A stretch of DNA of 63,243 nt, filler included, from Octopus bimaculoides (lineage: Eukaryota): the NCBI RefSeq assembly GCF_001194135.2. It is 5 parts of 5 records of this genome, joined end to end, with 100 filler letters (N's around TTAATTAATTAA, not from the genome) between each part and the next. Parts side by side here need not be neighbours in the genome. Positions count along the whole stretch, not along the records: positions 5,627 to 26,706 come from NC_068986.1; 4 more parts are not named here. One strand, written 5' to 3'. The stretch's first letter is position 1; every line of letters starts with the position of its first letter. The translations under genes and the position numbers were made by a program. The notes beneath the pieces are model-generated. The model saw only the letters and a list, made by a program, of their open reading frames with translations. It made no database searches and was not told where the DNA came from. Below are positions 10,979 through 24,799 of this stretch, in pieces.

Positions 10979-11887
10979 CGTGTGTGCGTNNNNNNNNNNG
11001 TGTGTGTGTGTGTGTGTGCGTGCGTGTGTGCGTGCGTGCGTGCGTGTGTGTGTGTTTGTGTATGTGCTTATATATATTTGTGTGGGTATGTTTGTGTGTC
11101 TGTGTATGTATGTTTGTACATATTTGTATCTTGTTCTTGTGTATACGCACAGGTGTATGGTTACACCTAAAAGATATTTATAGAAATTTTCTTTTCTCTC
11201 CCGCCCCCCCCCCTTTTTTGTTATTCCAAGGGCAAAGTAGAAGTTTCTTTGTAGGATGGGATTCACTAAATATTTGCAAGATTACATCAGCCCTTTAACA
11301 TTTCTCTGTGTCTGTGTGTGTGGGTGACGATGCGTTTGTGATACTGTGTATAGGTACGTATATCAGTAACAATCACTGCGTAGGAAAGCCATCAAGGTAT
11401 TCATCCAATCTCTCCATAATGTGATTAATCATGGGAACGCCTTGTACACAAGCTATCACTTTCCAATGCTTATCAAATAACTTCAGAAATATCAAATGAC
11501 AAGCCATATTGTAAATATATACAAGTATTCATCGACATATGTACACACAAACAGAGTCAGTTGCGTTGGCGTAAGATAACATTCACTAGTCTTTGTTTGA
11601 TTAATACTAATCTCTTTTATATTCTGACCATTTTAAACCACTTCGGTTGAACGGCTAAAACTTTTCTTTGAATTATCTCAAAACGAAAGGCATATTAGCC
11701 ATCAAACTATAATAGCTTTTAAGCTCTAATATATATATAAACATCGAATAGTAATTGCTTTGATGATTTTTATTCGCTACGGTCTTAGTCTTGCTCGTAA
11801 TCAGACGGCACTCGTTGACTTTAGAGCCCAGAAGAACTTATTATTATTCAGATACCACGGAATAACTTATTATCACTTACATAAAGA

Positions 11888-12355
11888 AGGCAGCGAACTG
11901 GCAGATTCGTAAGTGCGTCGAACAACATGCTTAGTGGCATTTCTTCTAGCTTTATGTTCTGAGTTCAAATGACTCCGAGGTCGATTTTGCATTTCATCCC
12001 TTTCGCGGTCGTTAAGGTAAGTACAAGTTGAACACTGAGGTCGATGTAACTGACTAAACCGCCTCTCAACAAAATGTCAGGTATCGGTGCTTATCGCTTA
12101 CTTAACGAAATAGTACTTTCATGAACGTACGCTACACACGTGTGTGCATGCCTACATTTTTATATATCTTATATACATTGATTTCAAATTTTGGCACTAG
12201 GCCAGTAAGTTTGGATTTCACCGAACTCACTGCTCAACTGGTGCTTATTTTATCGATCCGAAAGGATGAAAGGCAAAGTCGACCTCGACGGAATTTGAAC
12301 GTAAAAACAGACGAAATACCGCTAAGCATTTTACCCGGCGTACAAGCTACCTACC
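11888..12355. mobile_element. Two family B SINE copies in convergent orientation (+ at ~11888-12100, - at ~12178-12355), followed by (TAT)n
   Basis: ggcagcgaactggcagattcg...tttcatccctttcgcggtcg...gaggtcgatgtaactgact, then the reverse-complement copy atttcaaattttggcactaggccag...ggaatttgaacgtaaaaacagacgaaataccgctaagcatttt. Confidence 0.75.
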
Positions 12356-12356
12356 T

Positions 12357-12415
<59 letters not shown>

Positions 12416-12922
12416 GCTACTTTATTTATACCTCATGAATCAAACGAAAGAGTTTTTATTCTGGCAGTACGGATTATTAGAAATAGAAGTTAAGTTTCCT
12501 TTCGACCATTATCCTGTTGTCTTCAATGATGGCTACGGCTAGAATTGTTTTGATCATATGTGTGGAATTCACGTATCTTTTTCCAATATACATAAGTGAA
12601 AGATGTAGGTATCCTGGAGAAACGATAAAGTAGTGCCTTCGATCAAATATGACTCTGTGCGGTTTTTCTCTCACCCAAATTGCATAAATATTAACCAACG
12701 GTGCTGTCATATATATATCTGAGGGCACAAAAGACGCACGGGCAAATTAGATGCACTCCAGCTTTCAGCAACAAATGAAGATGACGTATTTATTGTTTTA
12801 CCATTATCGAGACTCGCTTTGAATTATGCCCCTGTCTTTGTGCTCTCTAATTCGTTATTGATAAGAATATATTTAAGCATATTTAGTTGTAATGGATCAG
12901 CTGCTCTCTCTCCCTTTCTCTT

Positions 12923-12999
<77 letters not shown>

Positions 13000-14541
13000 N
13001 NNNNNNNNNNNNNNNNNNNNNNNNNNNNNNNNNNNNNNNNNNNNNNNNNNNNNNNNNNNNNNNNNNNNNNNNNNNNNNNNNNNNNNNNNNNNNNNNNNNN
13101 NNNNNNNNNNNNNNNNNNNNNNNNNNNNNNNNNNNNNNNNNNNNNNNNNNNNNNNNNNNNNNNNNNNNNNNNNNNNNNNNNNNNNNNNNNNNNNNNNNNN
13201 NNNNNNNNNNNNNNNNNNNNNNNNNNNNNNNNNNNNNNNNNNNNNNNNNNNNNNNNNNNNNNNNNNNNNNNNNNNNNNNNNNNNNNNNNNNNNNNNNNNN
13301 NNNNNNNNNNNNNNNNNNNNNNNNNNNNNNNNNNNNNNNNNNNNNNNNNNNNNNNNNNNNNNNNNNNNNNNNNNNNNNNNNNNNNNNNNNNNNNNNNNNN
13401 NNNNNNNNNNNNNNNNNNNNNNNNNNNNNNNNNNNNNNNNNNNNNNNNNNNNNNNNNNNNNNNNNNNNNNNNNNNNNNNNNNNNNNNNNNNNNNNNNNNN
13501 NNNNNNNNNNNNNNNNNNNNNNNNNNNNNNNNNNNNNNNNNNNNNNNNNNNNNNNNNNNATTATCTCCCCTATACCGGAAGAAATCCCTCATTACCTCCC
13601 CCTATCTAGAACTCTTCTTTCTCAGACTGGAGCGAACACGTTACAATGAAGTAGAGAAATTTGAAAAGACAACACGAAACCGGTTATTTCTCAAAATACA
13701 ATGTTTATATACCAAAAAGATTTTATAACATTTTTCTGACATAATTTAAATATATACTTTAACCATGTAACACAAGCCTTCTGTAGTTTTTTCACTCTTA
13801 TTATCTTTTATATATATATATATATATATACTTAAGGAGAGAGGAAGAGAGACAGGGACAGACAGACAGACAGACAGACAGAAAATATTGTTTAAGTTCA
13901 AATTTCGAAATTTCAAAGTTGATATTTCCAAAAGGCAGAATGGTTAATATGATGCTCACTTGCTGGCACCTAATGCATTATTATCGTTTTTGTGGTTGTT
14001 GTTCTTATTGTTGCTGCTGCTATGGTCAAGGTCGTCGCGCTCGCCGTATCCATACCGTAATTTTATGCATTAAGGACCACATAATCTACTATATCTTGCG
14101 AGTCGTACGATTGTATAGAGCCTCTTCTGTGATAATGTTGGTATTTGGAAAGGGAGAAGGAAGAGAAGAAGAGGAGGGGTGAATAAGCCGGATTTATCAG
14201 GAGAAAACAGGGTTGAAGTTTTAAAGTAGAATCAAGAAATTGAGAGGAAACCAGTTGTGACGCGATGCCTCTACGGAAGTCAAAAAGTACTTTAGGGATG
14301 AATATCCTTCTTTTATTCTTTTCTCGTTTTTTGTTTTGTAATTTCAATTAACCAGACCCTTGAAAACATTTGTAAATGTGTGTGTGCATGTGTGTGTGTG
14401 CGTGTGTACGCACGTGCCACGTGTGCGTATTTATGTGCGCACTTGGGATTTAGCTTATAAATCCCTTTGAAACAATAATAGCAACGATAAGAAGCAAAAG
14501 AACGACGAACGAGAGGAACAGCGTCAACATCAGCAACAACG

Positions 14542-14593
<52 letters not shown>

Positions 14594-15583
14594 ACACCAC
14601 CAAAACGGCAATTACAGCAAAAGAAGTTCCAGTAAGATATGCTTTAATACAACTAAGACGTCACCAACAAAAACAATACAACGACAAAAATGTATGACGT
14701 CTCCATGGACCTACTCGCTGGACCTACTAGAAATACCAGCAGAATACCCCTCGAAGTAATAGTCTTAAAAAAGGAAGGACACATCGGTTAATGTGGTCCG
14801 AGATATATGTTACCTGAAAAAGAAAGGGTGAAGTGTCTTTGATCAATGACCCTCTTGATCAAAGCTGACTTCGAGATAAGCAAGAACGACAATAAAAACA
14901 ATAATTATATTCATTTACATGTGTGTGTGTGTGTGTGTTTACACATAAAGAGAAACGAATCATGAACCACGAAGCTGGTATTTATTTCATCTGTAACTCA
15001 TGTTTCTGTGACCTACAATCCAGATCGATGAACGAATAGACTTTGTAAATTCACTTAGTTATCGCTCATCAATCTGGAGTATAGATAACACAAATGTGAT
15101 GAAATAAAGAAACACCTACTTCATGCTCCATCGGAATGAATTTTGAGTAACCGATAACATAATCTAATTTACTTTAAGGTATAGCTGACTAAGTTTACTT
15201 TTAACCTTCCCATTCTTACAAACACCGAGTAGATATCTAACTCGCTTTGTGATCATGAGTGCATCAAACCTCACGTGTGCGTATGCTCATATTTTTTGCG
15301 TATGCTTGTATGAGCGAGTGTACTCGCGCCATACAGCTTGCCCGAGGGCGTTTATACATCCATATTTGTTAACGGTTATTTTTAATAATTTTCTTGCTGT
15401 ATTGCATGCTCGTTTTTCTTTTTGCCATCTGTGATTTTATTTTTGATCTTTTATATAAATGAAGATATTTCCTCTGCCTGGCTGCTTTTCTTTCCAACGA
15501 GAAGTTACATGGCGGAACTGTTATTTTAACGAGTTACATTTACTTATCACCCGACGAGATACATCTGCACCACCGGATGCTCC

Positions 15584-15750
15584 TATGAGACAAACCATCA
15601 GGACAAGTACAAATACCTCACTGCTGAGCAGAAGCAACGAAAGGTAGACGAGTTGAAGAGGAATCTCACATTACAACAGACTTTTTTAACCAAAGCAAAA
15701 TCCCAAAGTGAAACTGCTGCTAAAGCAAGTTTTATTGTCAGACCCGGCCC
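15584..15750 (+). pseudogene. hAT (Charlie/SPIN/GTF2IRD2-like) transposase fragment
   Basis: Reads YETNHQDKYKYLTAEQKQRKVDELKRNLTLQQTFLTKAKSQSETAAKASFIV. Resembles the region after the BED finger of GTF2IRD2-like hAT transposases (HYETKHQDKY...KVEELK.NL..QQ.FFT.AKSQSEAAVKASFIV). Recognised from memory of the family. Confidence 0.75.
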
Positions 15751-16689
15751 CGACATAAACAACTCTGGTTTCGCACAGACCCAATAAGAAGTCCAGTTTT
15801 TCACAGAACTTTTATTTGACTTCTTCCTGGTTTCTTATTGTAGTTATGTGGCACTGATGACGAATGTGTATCGTTTGCCTGCCAGAGGAAGTTGCAGTGT
15901 CATGAACCTATCGATCAGTCTTTTGGATATATTCGTGAGCTTAACAACCAATATTTATCCCCACTTAAATCCCTAGTGGGGTAGGGGTAGCCGGGCTTTA
16001 TCTCTCCCCTTGCAATCCAAACAAAAGTGAATTTTGCACCAAAAAGCCAATATGAGTTTCTCTCATAGTAACAACTACAGTACAGTTTGTTCTAACACAC
16101 AACCTCCACGTTTGAGTGGGAATAAATATTACCTCCAGGTATTAATGCTGCCTCTACTGCTAACATATATTTCTTGCCGAGAAAGTCAACTCCAAACTCG
16201 CATCATTATCAGCGCTGCGACTGCTCTACAAGAAGATATAACCCAACCCTGATTTCTTATCAAAACTCTCCCAGCAAATCGAGTCTCACTCAGAACCGCG
16301 GTTTGGGTGGCGCATCTTGTTTGAGAGATCAGATAACCAGACTAGCGGCAAAAACAATAAAAACAACAACTGCTCCCAGCTGAAAAGGTAACCCTCACGT
16401 GGTTGCTTGACTTGCAAAATAAATAAATGTCTAATTCCTCCCGATTCCCGCCCACCGCTTTTAGGAAATCAAAGGGCGTTAAACAATGCTTCTCCAGATG
16501 CTTCCTGAAATAACGCGGTTGAAATGTGTTTGATCATAGGTATACACAACCAAGGCTGACCGACGGTCAAGCAACAAGACGAGATGTTAATTACTGAAAG
16601 AACACTTGAGACAGGAAAACAAAGGATTAAATGGGGTTCGGGGCGACCACAACGGAGAGGATAAAGGTGATGATAGAGCGTGGGAGGAG

Positions 16690-17615
16690 AAGAGGAATGA
16701 TGGTGAAGTTAATGATGAGGATAAGGACGACGAAAATAACGATGGCAGTGACAACGAGAGCGACGACGAAGACGATGATGATGATGATGACGATGATGAT
16801 GATGACTATGGCGACGGGGACGAGGAGGTTGAGAAATTACGATGGTGACGAGGATCATAAAGATATGACCAAACTAATGATGATCCTGATGCTAAGAAAT
16901 GATGCTAACGATGACGATTATCAATGATTTTACACGATCCTGCTGTTGGTCACGATCATGGTGATGATGATGTTCATCACGGTCTTCATAATGACGATGA
17001 TGATGCTGTAGATGAGAGTGATGGTGATGATGATGATGATGACGACGACGGTCACCACGATGATGATGATGATGAGGAGGAGGAGGAGGNNNNNNNNNNN
17101 NNNNNNNNNNNNNNNNNNNNNNNNNNNNNNNNNNNNNNNNNNNNNNNNNNNNNNNNNNNNNNNNNNNNNNNNNNNNNNNNNNNNNNNNNNNNNNNNNNNN
17201 NNNNNNNNNNNNNNNNNNNNNNNNNNNNNNNNNNNNNNNNNNNNNNNNNNNNNNNNNNNNNNNNNNNNNNNNNNNNNNNNNNNNNNNNNNNNNNNNNNNN
17301 NNNNNNNNNNNNNNNNNNNNNNNNNNNNNNNNNNNNNNNNNNNNNNNNNNNNNNNNNNNNNNNNNNNNNNNNNNNNNNNNNNNNNNNNNNNNNNNNNNNN
17401 NNNNNNNNNNNNNNNNNNNNNNNNNNNNNNNNNNNNNNNNNNNNNNNNNNNNNNNNNNNNNNNNNNNNNNNNNNNNNNNNNNNNNNNNNNNNNNNNNNNN
17501 NNNNNNNNNNNNNNNNNNNNNNNNNNNNNNNNNNNNNNNNNNNNGGAGGAGGAGGAGGGGGGAGGAGGAGGAGGTGGTGGTGGTAGATGGTGATGATGAT
17601 GATGATGATGATCAC
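16690..17615. repeat. Degenerate GAT/GAC/GAG/GGT trinucleotide region spanning a gap
   Basis: Compound (GAT)n/(GAC)n/(GAG)n/(GGT)n runs. All three + frames are open only because of low complexity. A similar tract lies at ~33200-33370. Confidence 0.85.
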
Positions 17616-19494
17616 GATCCTAGTGACAGTGTTGATCATGACAAATGGAAAGTAGGTGAATGGGCTAAGGTCATTAATGCGAGCTCCCCACCTGCTTCTT
17701 CAAGTGTGTTGAGGCTGCTCCCGTGTTTCCATTCAAATACAGCACCAACTTATCTGGTGCTTAAGCTTTATCCTCGTGACAATTGTTGAATTCTCAAGAG
17801 GATAGGACATCACTCGCCAGCTTCAAGGAAGGATGACTCTCTGATCGTGCAAGGTTAATGAGATTGTGTGAAGTAATGACCGAGCGTGTGTTGGACACAC
17901 TTCCTGAAATAATCGACAAGAGTTGAATGGATGCACTCGCATACCGGAAAACAGTTTCATTTCCACTTGATACAATCCATTAAACTAAACTTATGTTTAC
18001 AAATACCTTTATTAAGGAGAATCCGAACTGAAAGAGAAATTATAAATGTGAGCGCCCTTGGGCATGTCCGCACGCAAAGCAAACGCACGCGAGCACAGTC
18101 ACACAGATACATACATACATACATACATACAGTGTATGTGTGAACTCGCAAAAGCATTCACACCCGCACAAAAATACAACTTAGTCGAGACTGAGAAGAT
18201 TTGAACATGGGTTTGTTAGTTCAAAGCTGAGCTGAGCCTAAATAATAGCAGAAACATACAATTGAGTAGCGCCAATGAGGTCGATGTATCTTGTAGAAAC
18301 AACAGCCAAATCTTCGGCTAAATCATACATTTGTATCTTAACACACTAAGTGGTAAATAAATTAAAACATCCATATGTAAAATATTTCAGAAGTTTAGAC
18401 TGCAATATGTATCCTTACAAACGTATAAGTATAGAAACATGTATATGCACATATATGCATTCTATAGCACTGAAATTCACACACGGAAATGTATTTGAGC
18501 GCATGCGTGCATAGAAACATACATGCATACAAATACATCAGTTCTCTTTTCGAAAATTAGTCGGCTATCGGCAACGAATATTCCAACTTTGTAATCAACA
18601 GAACTAACTCTTTGTTGAGGGCTACTTCTTTTTCATCTCGACCTCTTAAATTCTCCCGTCCTCTTGGCTAGAATTGTCCCTTCAACTCAAAGCAACGTGT
18701 TAACGACTAGTATTCATATTCATCAACTGATTTTACATATCCACAGACAAGGCTAACATGGAAACTTCTGCACGGACGCTCGATCTACCAGCAATAGCAG
18801 CCAAAATTCCTTCAAATCATATCCCTTATTGCCTCGAGTTCTGGAGCTCATAGAGTTGGCTGCCCGGTTTCTATGGCGCATAAGTGACCGAGGTCACAAC
18901 ATTCCCACTGAACGGGATGCCATTTTCGTCGCAGTAAAATAGACTGTAGCAACGTGAAATGAAGTGTTTTTCTCAAGAATAAAGCGCTCTACTCGGTCCT
19001 GGAATTGAAACCTCGATCTTGCGATCGTGAGCGCAACGTTCTAACCACTAGGCCACACGCTTTCACCCCTTAAAATAGTACACATTGGGTAAATGTCATT
19101 CTGATTTTCCTGAAAGTAGGAAGAAGAGACGGGGTGGTAATGTTTTGAATGCCATTGAGCAGCGTTCTGCTAGACCTGAATTGACCTTCAGTAAACAATA
19201 ATAGCAACAACTAAACCACAGACGTCGTACCCGTTTACCCATTGTACTACTATTACAACGGTTTCTGTTTCTCCGAAGTAGCTTACATTAATCTGTGTCC
19301 CATTCATCTCTTCTCAGCCTGTTCCTTCCACTACGTCTCATTCCCCGACCCTCTCGCTTCCCCGTCCTTCATACTAAATATTGCGTTCGCTCGGAATCGC
19401 CAATCTACACACGTTCGTCATGCAGATAACGGCCCACACGTATTCGTCATTCTTAATTGTCGCTGGTTCTGGTAGTGGTAATGTCTTGTCTTGT

Positions 19495-19680
19495 CTCGGC
19501 ACTCCGTCGGTCACCACGACGCGGGTTCCAGTTAATTTCGATCAACGGAACAGCCTGCCCGTGAAATTAACGTGCAAGTGGCTGAACACTCCACAGACAC
19601 GCGTACCTTTAATGTAGTTCTCAAGGAGATTCGGCGTCACACAGGATGTGACAAAGCTTGCCGTCTTCGCTTCGCAACCG
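19495..19680 (-). mobile_element. SINE family C, 3' part
   Basis: gatcaacggaacagcctgcccgtgaaattaacgtgcaagtggctgaacactccacagacacg matches 27717-27790. Confidence 0.8.
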
Positions 19681-20008
19681 CGTGACCCAGTGTGTGGCCC
19701 CACAACACAGCATTTTGAGAATGTGAGTTCAGAAAAAGCCACGGGTTTACCGACACTTTATGAATAGAATTTGGCAGATAAAGACTGAGTGGAAACCTAT
19801 CGAACTGACTGACCCTAAAATCCAAAGGGTCAACTTTGTCAAATAAAGTATCACTGATTCTGCTCGAGAATTAATCAAAGATACGAAGTGGCTCAGGTTT
19901 CTAAATGAGCCTATGGAATACTCAGCCATTTGCATTATAATTTAATGACAGTTGACTGAACAACTAGAATACACACGGTCGAAACCGGCGGAGAATCCAC
20001 TTATTGTG

Positions 20009-20047
<39 letters not shown>

Positions 20048-20506
20048 CTGTGAGTGCGTGAGTGCCTGTGTGTGTGCGCGTATGTATGTGTGTGCGCGCA
20101 TGTGCATGTGTGTCTGTATATCATCCTCTGATTTATATAGGTGAAGGATATAAACAAGATGACAGCCGAAGAAGAAAAAAAAAGAAACGATAGTGTATGT
20201 AGAGAGATCCTTGATATTTTTGTTCCTTATCGGATTATAGAAAATCTCTTGTCACACTTCACCAGAAGAAATGTAGTGAACCGATGATTGGCCCCGTTGG
20301 AAATTCCGAACCAACGACGCAATCGTTCACAAGTTTTCATATACAATAAATGTTTTGTGTACTACTTTAAAACGTCTTATGTGAAACATTTGAGGTAACT
20401 TAACGTTCGCATTACACAGGACACTTCTCACATACACAAACGAGCTGCACACTTAATTATCATGAAACACCGAGTTCAATCACTAAAACCTCAAAGAAAT
20501 TTATCA

Positions 20507-20940
20507 ATATTCCAAACATATATGCAGGTGTAGACATAGGTGTGTCGTTAAGATTCTCGCTTTGCAACCATGTGGTTTCGGGTTCAGTCCCACTGCACGG
20601 CACCTTGAGCAAGTGTTTTCTACCATAGCTCCGGACCGACAAATCCCTCGTGAGTGAATTTTGATAACCGGTGTTGATTTGCACTCAGAACGTAATGACG
20701 GGCGAAATGCCACAAAATAATTTTATCCGGCGAGCCAATGAATCTGTCTTAATAATGATAAGGTTGGTAATGATCACGATGATGAAGATTTCAAATTATG
20801 GCACAAGGCCAGCAATTTCGGGGGAGGAGATGAGTCGATTGCATCGACCCCAGTGTTCAACTGGTACTCATTTTATCGACCCCAAAAGGATGAAAGTTAA
20901 AGTCAACCTCAGCGGAATTTAAACTGAAAACGTAAAGAAT
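20507..20940. mobile_element. Family A 5' half (+, ~20507-20672) followed by a family B copy (-, ~20775-20940)
   Basis: caaccatgtggtttcgggttcagtcccactgcacggcaccttgagcaagtg..., then tttcaaattatggcacaaggccagcaatttcg...gtcaacctcagcggaatttaaac. Confidence 0.75.
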
Positions 20941-21577
20941 ATTTAAATCTTAAAGCCCTTCACAAACGCAAATCTTACAGCAAAATTTTAACGAAATCTT
21001 AATTCACGTTATTTGATCTCCTGTCCCTAAAGAATGTCATTGTTACTCATAAATAACACCCACAGTGAAACGTCCAACTTGCTGTCTTGAAGTCTCTGAG
21101 TGAGACTGAGAACATCTTGTATAAAACAAAGCAGCGACAACACTGAAAACCTAATATGCTTCATTCTTTCTTGTCCACCCTTCTTCAAATAAATAAATCA
21201 ATCTGTTCTACCTTCAGTTTATAACAAACACCCACCCGTAGTGATGACATTTAACCGTAACTACCAAGTGGAAAGTTTCATTACTGAATAACGAACTGTG
21301 ACAAACAAGTGTCGAAACCTTTTGTTCAGGTCAATACATTTATCAAACACATTTAAAGCGACTGTATATTGACTGCTCAAACATTACCTCTGACACACAG
21401 ACGGGTACACGTATACATGTGCACATACAAATATACAAAAGACAACTATATCATACGCAGAAACACAACACTACAAAAAAAACATGCCATAATAATGCAA
21501 TATCATATACAACGCACTGGTGTGAATATATACGTGTGTATGTATATATTTCTCTCTCACACCCCTCTCTCTTTCTT

Positions 21578-21620
<43 letters not shown>

Positions 21621-21908
21621 NNNNNNNNNNNNNNNNNNNNNNNNNNNNNNNNNNNNNNNNNNNNNNNNNNNNNNNNNNNNNNNNNNNNNNNNNNNNNNNN
21701 NNNNNNNNNNNNNNNNNNNNNNNNNNNNNNNNNNNNNNNNNNNNNNNNNNNNNNNNNNNNNNNNNNNNNNNNNNNNNNNNNNNNNNNNNNNNNNNNNNNN
21801 NNNNNNNNNNNNNNNNNNNNNNNNNNNNNNNNNNNNNNNNNNNNNNNNNNNNNNNNNNNNNNNNNNNNNNNNNNNNNNNNNNNNNNNNNNNNNNNNNNNN
21901 NNNNNNNN

Positions 21909-21940
<32 letters not shown>

Positions 21941-21945
<5 letters not shown>

Positions 21946-22133
21946 CTACCCCTGCCATCGCTTGACAACCAATCTTGTGTGTTTACGTCCCCATAACCTA
22001 GCAGTTCGGCAAAAGTGACCGATAGAATAAGTACTAGGCTTACAAAGTCCTGGGGTCGATTTCTTCGATTAAAACCCTTTAAGGCGGTGCTCTACCATGG
22101 CTGCAGTCAAATGAGTGAAGCAAGTAAAAGAAT
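21941..22133 (+). mobile_element. SINE family A, 3' half
   Basis: ccatcgcttgacaacc...gatagaataagtactaggcttacaaagtcctggggtcgat...gaagcaagtaaaag. Confidence 0.8.
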
Positions 22134-22199
22134 ATAGAATATGTGTGTGTATACACACACACACGCACACACACACACACACACACACATGTATGCATA

Positions 22200-22850
22200 T
22201 CATTATTCAGTTTTGTTTCAAGATTTCTTGCCAATAGAGAAGGAACCGGTTTCTAACCTAGATCCACGGCTCCATCATTGAAATTTCAACATCAACAACG
22301 GTATTTTTGTATGCATGTTTGTATGTATGTATGTATGTATGTGTGTATGTATGTATGTATGTATGTATGTATGTATGTATGTATGTATACGTGCAGCTTT
22401 GTATGTTTTGCTTTATGTATGTATTCTCATGCATATCGTTCCATATCTAGACCTGCTCATATATACTTAAATGATAAACTTCTGGAAGGTTTTACAGATT
22501 TCTACAGTTCCAGTGATGGAATAATCAGTAATCTTCGAATCTCCTTTTCTGGTTTTGAGAAGCCTAATTTCTCAAGATTGGTATTTAGGCAGTACGTTAC
22601 ATATCTCAGGGCCTCAATAATTACAGGTATAAACTTGAACTTGTAATCTGGATAGAGTAACTGCAGATTTCTCAATAGTTCAGCGTAAGTATTCTCTTTT
22701 TTACTGATCCTCAGCTTTATGTTAACATCCGCTGGGCACCTAATTTCCACAACTGAACACAGTTTCTCTTCTCTATCCCAAATCATTATATCAGGTCTGT
22801 TGTGTTAACATCTTATTGAGGTTTTCAATGGGTCATTCCACCAGTACTTC
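22200..22850 (-). mobile_element. R4/Dong-clade non-LTR retrotransposon 3' end (restriction-like endonuclease domain plus 3' UTR)
   Basis: Minus strand reads YWWNDPLKTSIRC*HNRPDIMIWDREEKLCSVVEIRCPADVNI...KENTYAELLRNLQLLYPDYKFKFIPVII..., then after a frameshift GTVEICKTFQKFII* (stop ~22467). This is the PD-(D/E)xK RLE pattern (HNRPD...C.+.+..P.D). The putative UTR with an internal (CATA)n runs to ...ttgaaacaaaactgaataat at ~22200. Confidence 0.8.
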
Positions 22851-23164
22851 CTTTTATTATGAGTGCCCACGGCTTCTACAATACTGTGGATTCTTATTTA
22901 TTTCTCTTTGGGGTTATCCGCCTGACGGATTTCATTGTATGTATGTATATATATATGTATGTACGCACGAATGAAAGGTCGTGTTTATCTACGTACGCAT
23001 GTTTTCTTCTATTTTTCGTTATTGGAAGTCTTCTTGTAACGAAGGAAACTAGTTTCTTACAAAAATACAAAGCTCCATTGTTAGAAGTGCAGACAACAAA
23101 AATAATGCCATATTTTGAAAAGTTGAGCATGTTTTTTTTGTATGTATGTATGTATGTATGTATG

Positions 23165-23590
23165 TATCTCCACCCATCCATCTTCTCTACCAACTGCCCC
23201 TGGGACAGTAATGGGTGTAGAATCCTTAGATGCCTCCTCCATTGATTCTTATCAGAAGCAGCTGTCATCACATTTGCTGGGTGAACTCGCAAGCGTCACC
23301 AACTAAGACTTCAGATATTATCCATCTCGTTCTTAGTCTACATTTATGTCTCCTGCAGCTTGACTCGGCTTGGACAATTCCGTCCTGCGATTCTCTTTCG
23401 TGTGACATTCTAATCACATATCCGCAGTACCGGTGCCACGACCGCCCATTGCAAAGAAGTAACAGCTCCTTCTAGAGGGATACCTGATCTTCGGGGAAGC
23501 AACCCGTCGAGTGACGTTACTGTTGAGGTCCTTCGGAGGACTCCATTTCGGTTGCTTGTATTCGCGATCCTACTCTTTCGGTCATAACAC
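23165..23590 (-). mobile_element. RTE-clade (Expander/Rex3-like) LINE 3' fragment with (CATA)n tail
   Basis: Minus-strand frames give MTERVGSRIQATEM..LRR..., SLQW..., and RLRVHPANVMTAASDKNQWRRHLRILHP. These resemble the RTE C-terminus (MTER.RSRIQA.EM.FLRR ... SQLRW ... W..LL.LL.P). The end runs directly into (CATA)n at 23140-23165. Confidence 0.7.
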
Positions 23591-23595
23591 TCACG

Positions 23596-23644
<49 letters not shown>

Positions 23645-24269
23645 CTGAAAAGTGGCTACGAGTCCATGAAAATCAAAAATTATAGTTGAAAAGATAAATA
23701 AATTTGGAAAAGTCATAGAAGTATATTCTAGATTTTTTCCCAGACGAACAGAAGTGTAGAGCACCGGGTTTAAATTCTAGGTACAGACCGACTGCATATC
23801 TGTTCGATATATTCTAATAACTTGTCATTCGTAGTGATTTATAGTTTTTAGTAAACATCATTATTTGTCCGTATTTCATCTGTAGGATAAAGTGGGAAGG
23901 CTATGTATTTTGCTGCACATAAGATACTAAATGTTCACATAAAGGAATCTGTTTAGCATTATGATCTCATGTTATGTTGGATTCTGGTTCTCAAGAGCAG
24001 TTTCATTTGTCCCATGTAGTCTTCTTTACAGACATTATAATTCATAGTGTCAGTTTAATCTTTTGAGGAACAAGTAAAGTGAAGTTTACAGTAAAAGTAT
24101 GTCCTTATTTAACATTTAGAAGAAATTTCTTCTGTATGATTGATGCAGGCTCTGCAGTTTGAGTGGCTACATTTTTTGACTACTGCAGTTATAGTTGATA
24201 ATTTGGCGCTGGTAAATAATTTTTAGGGATTGATTTTGTCTTTTGCTTTAGATTATTTTGTGTTCAAAG

Positions 24270-24520
<251 letters not shown>

Positions 24521-24799
24521 AGAGAGTTAGTTATATTCCGAATCGAAATTTCTCTATTTTTTAGTAACTGTTACTTTTGCCTGCAGGAATTTAGTTTCAT
24601 ACGAATAAATGGAATAAATCAATAAACACATCATACACCAATAATTTAATATGTAGTAGTGACCTTTGCGAGTTGGAACTTTTAATTCAACCATACATAA
24701 TACATCATCTAGAGAATAGTAATCCCCAAAATGAGGTTGGAACTTTTAACCTTACCATACACAATAAATCTGATATGAAGTACTGACAAAGGAGATTGT

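Noticed and set aside
16606-17590. Asp/Glu/His-rich ORFs that could be an acidic or biomineral protein
   Set aside because: Mixed GAT/GAC/GAG microsatellite open in several frames at once, with no splice signals or non-repetitive domain; partly gap. RNA-seq coverage would be needed to revive it.
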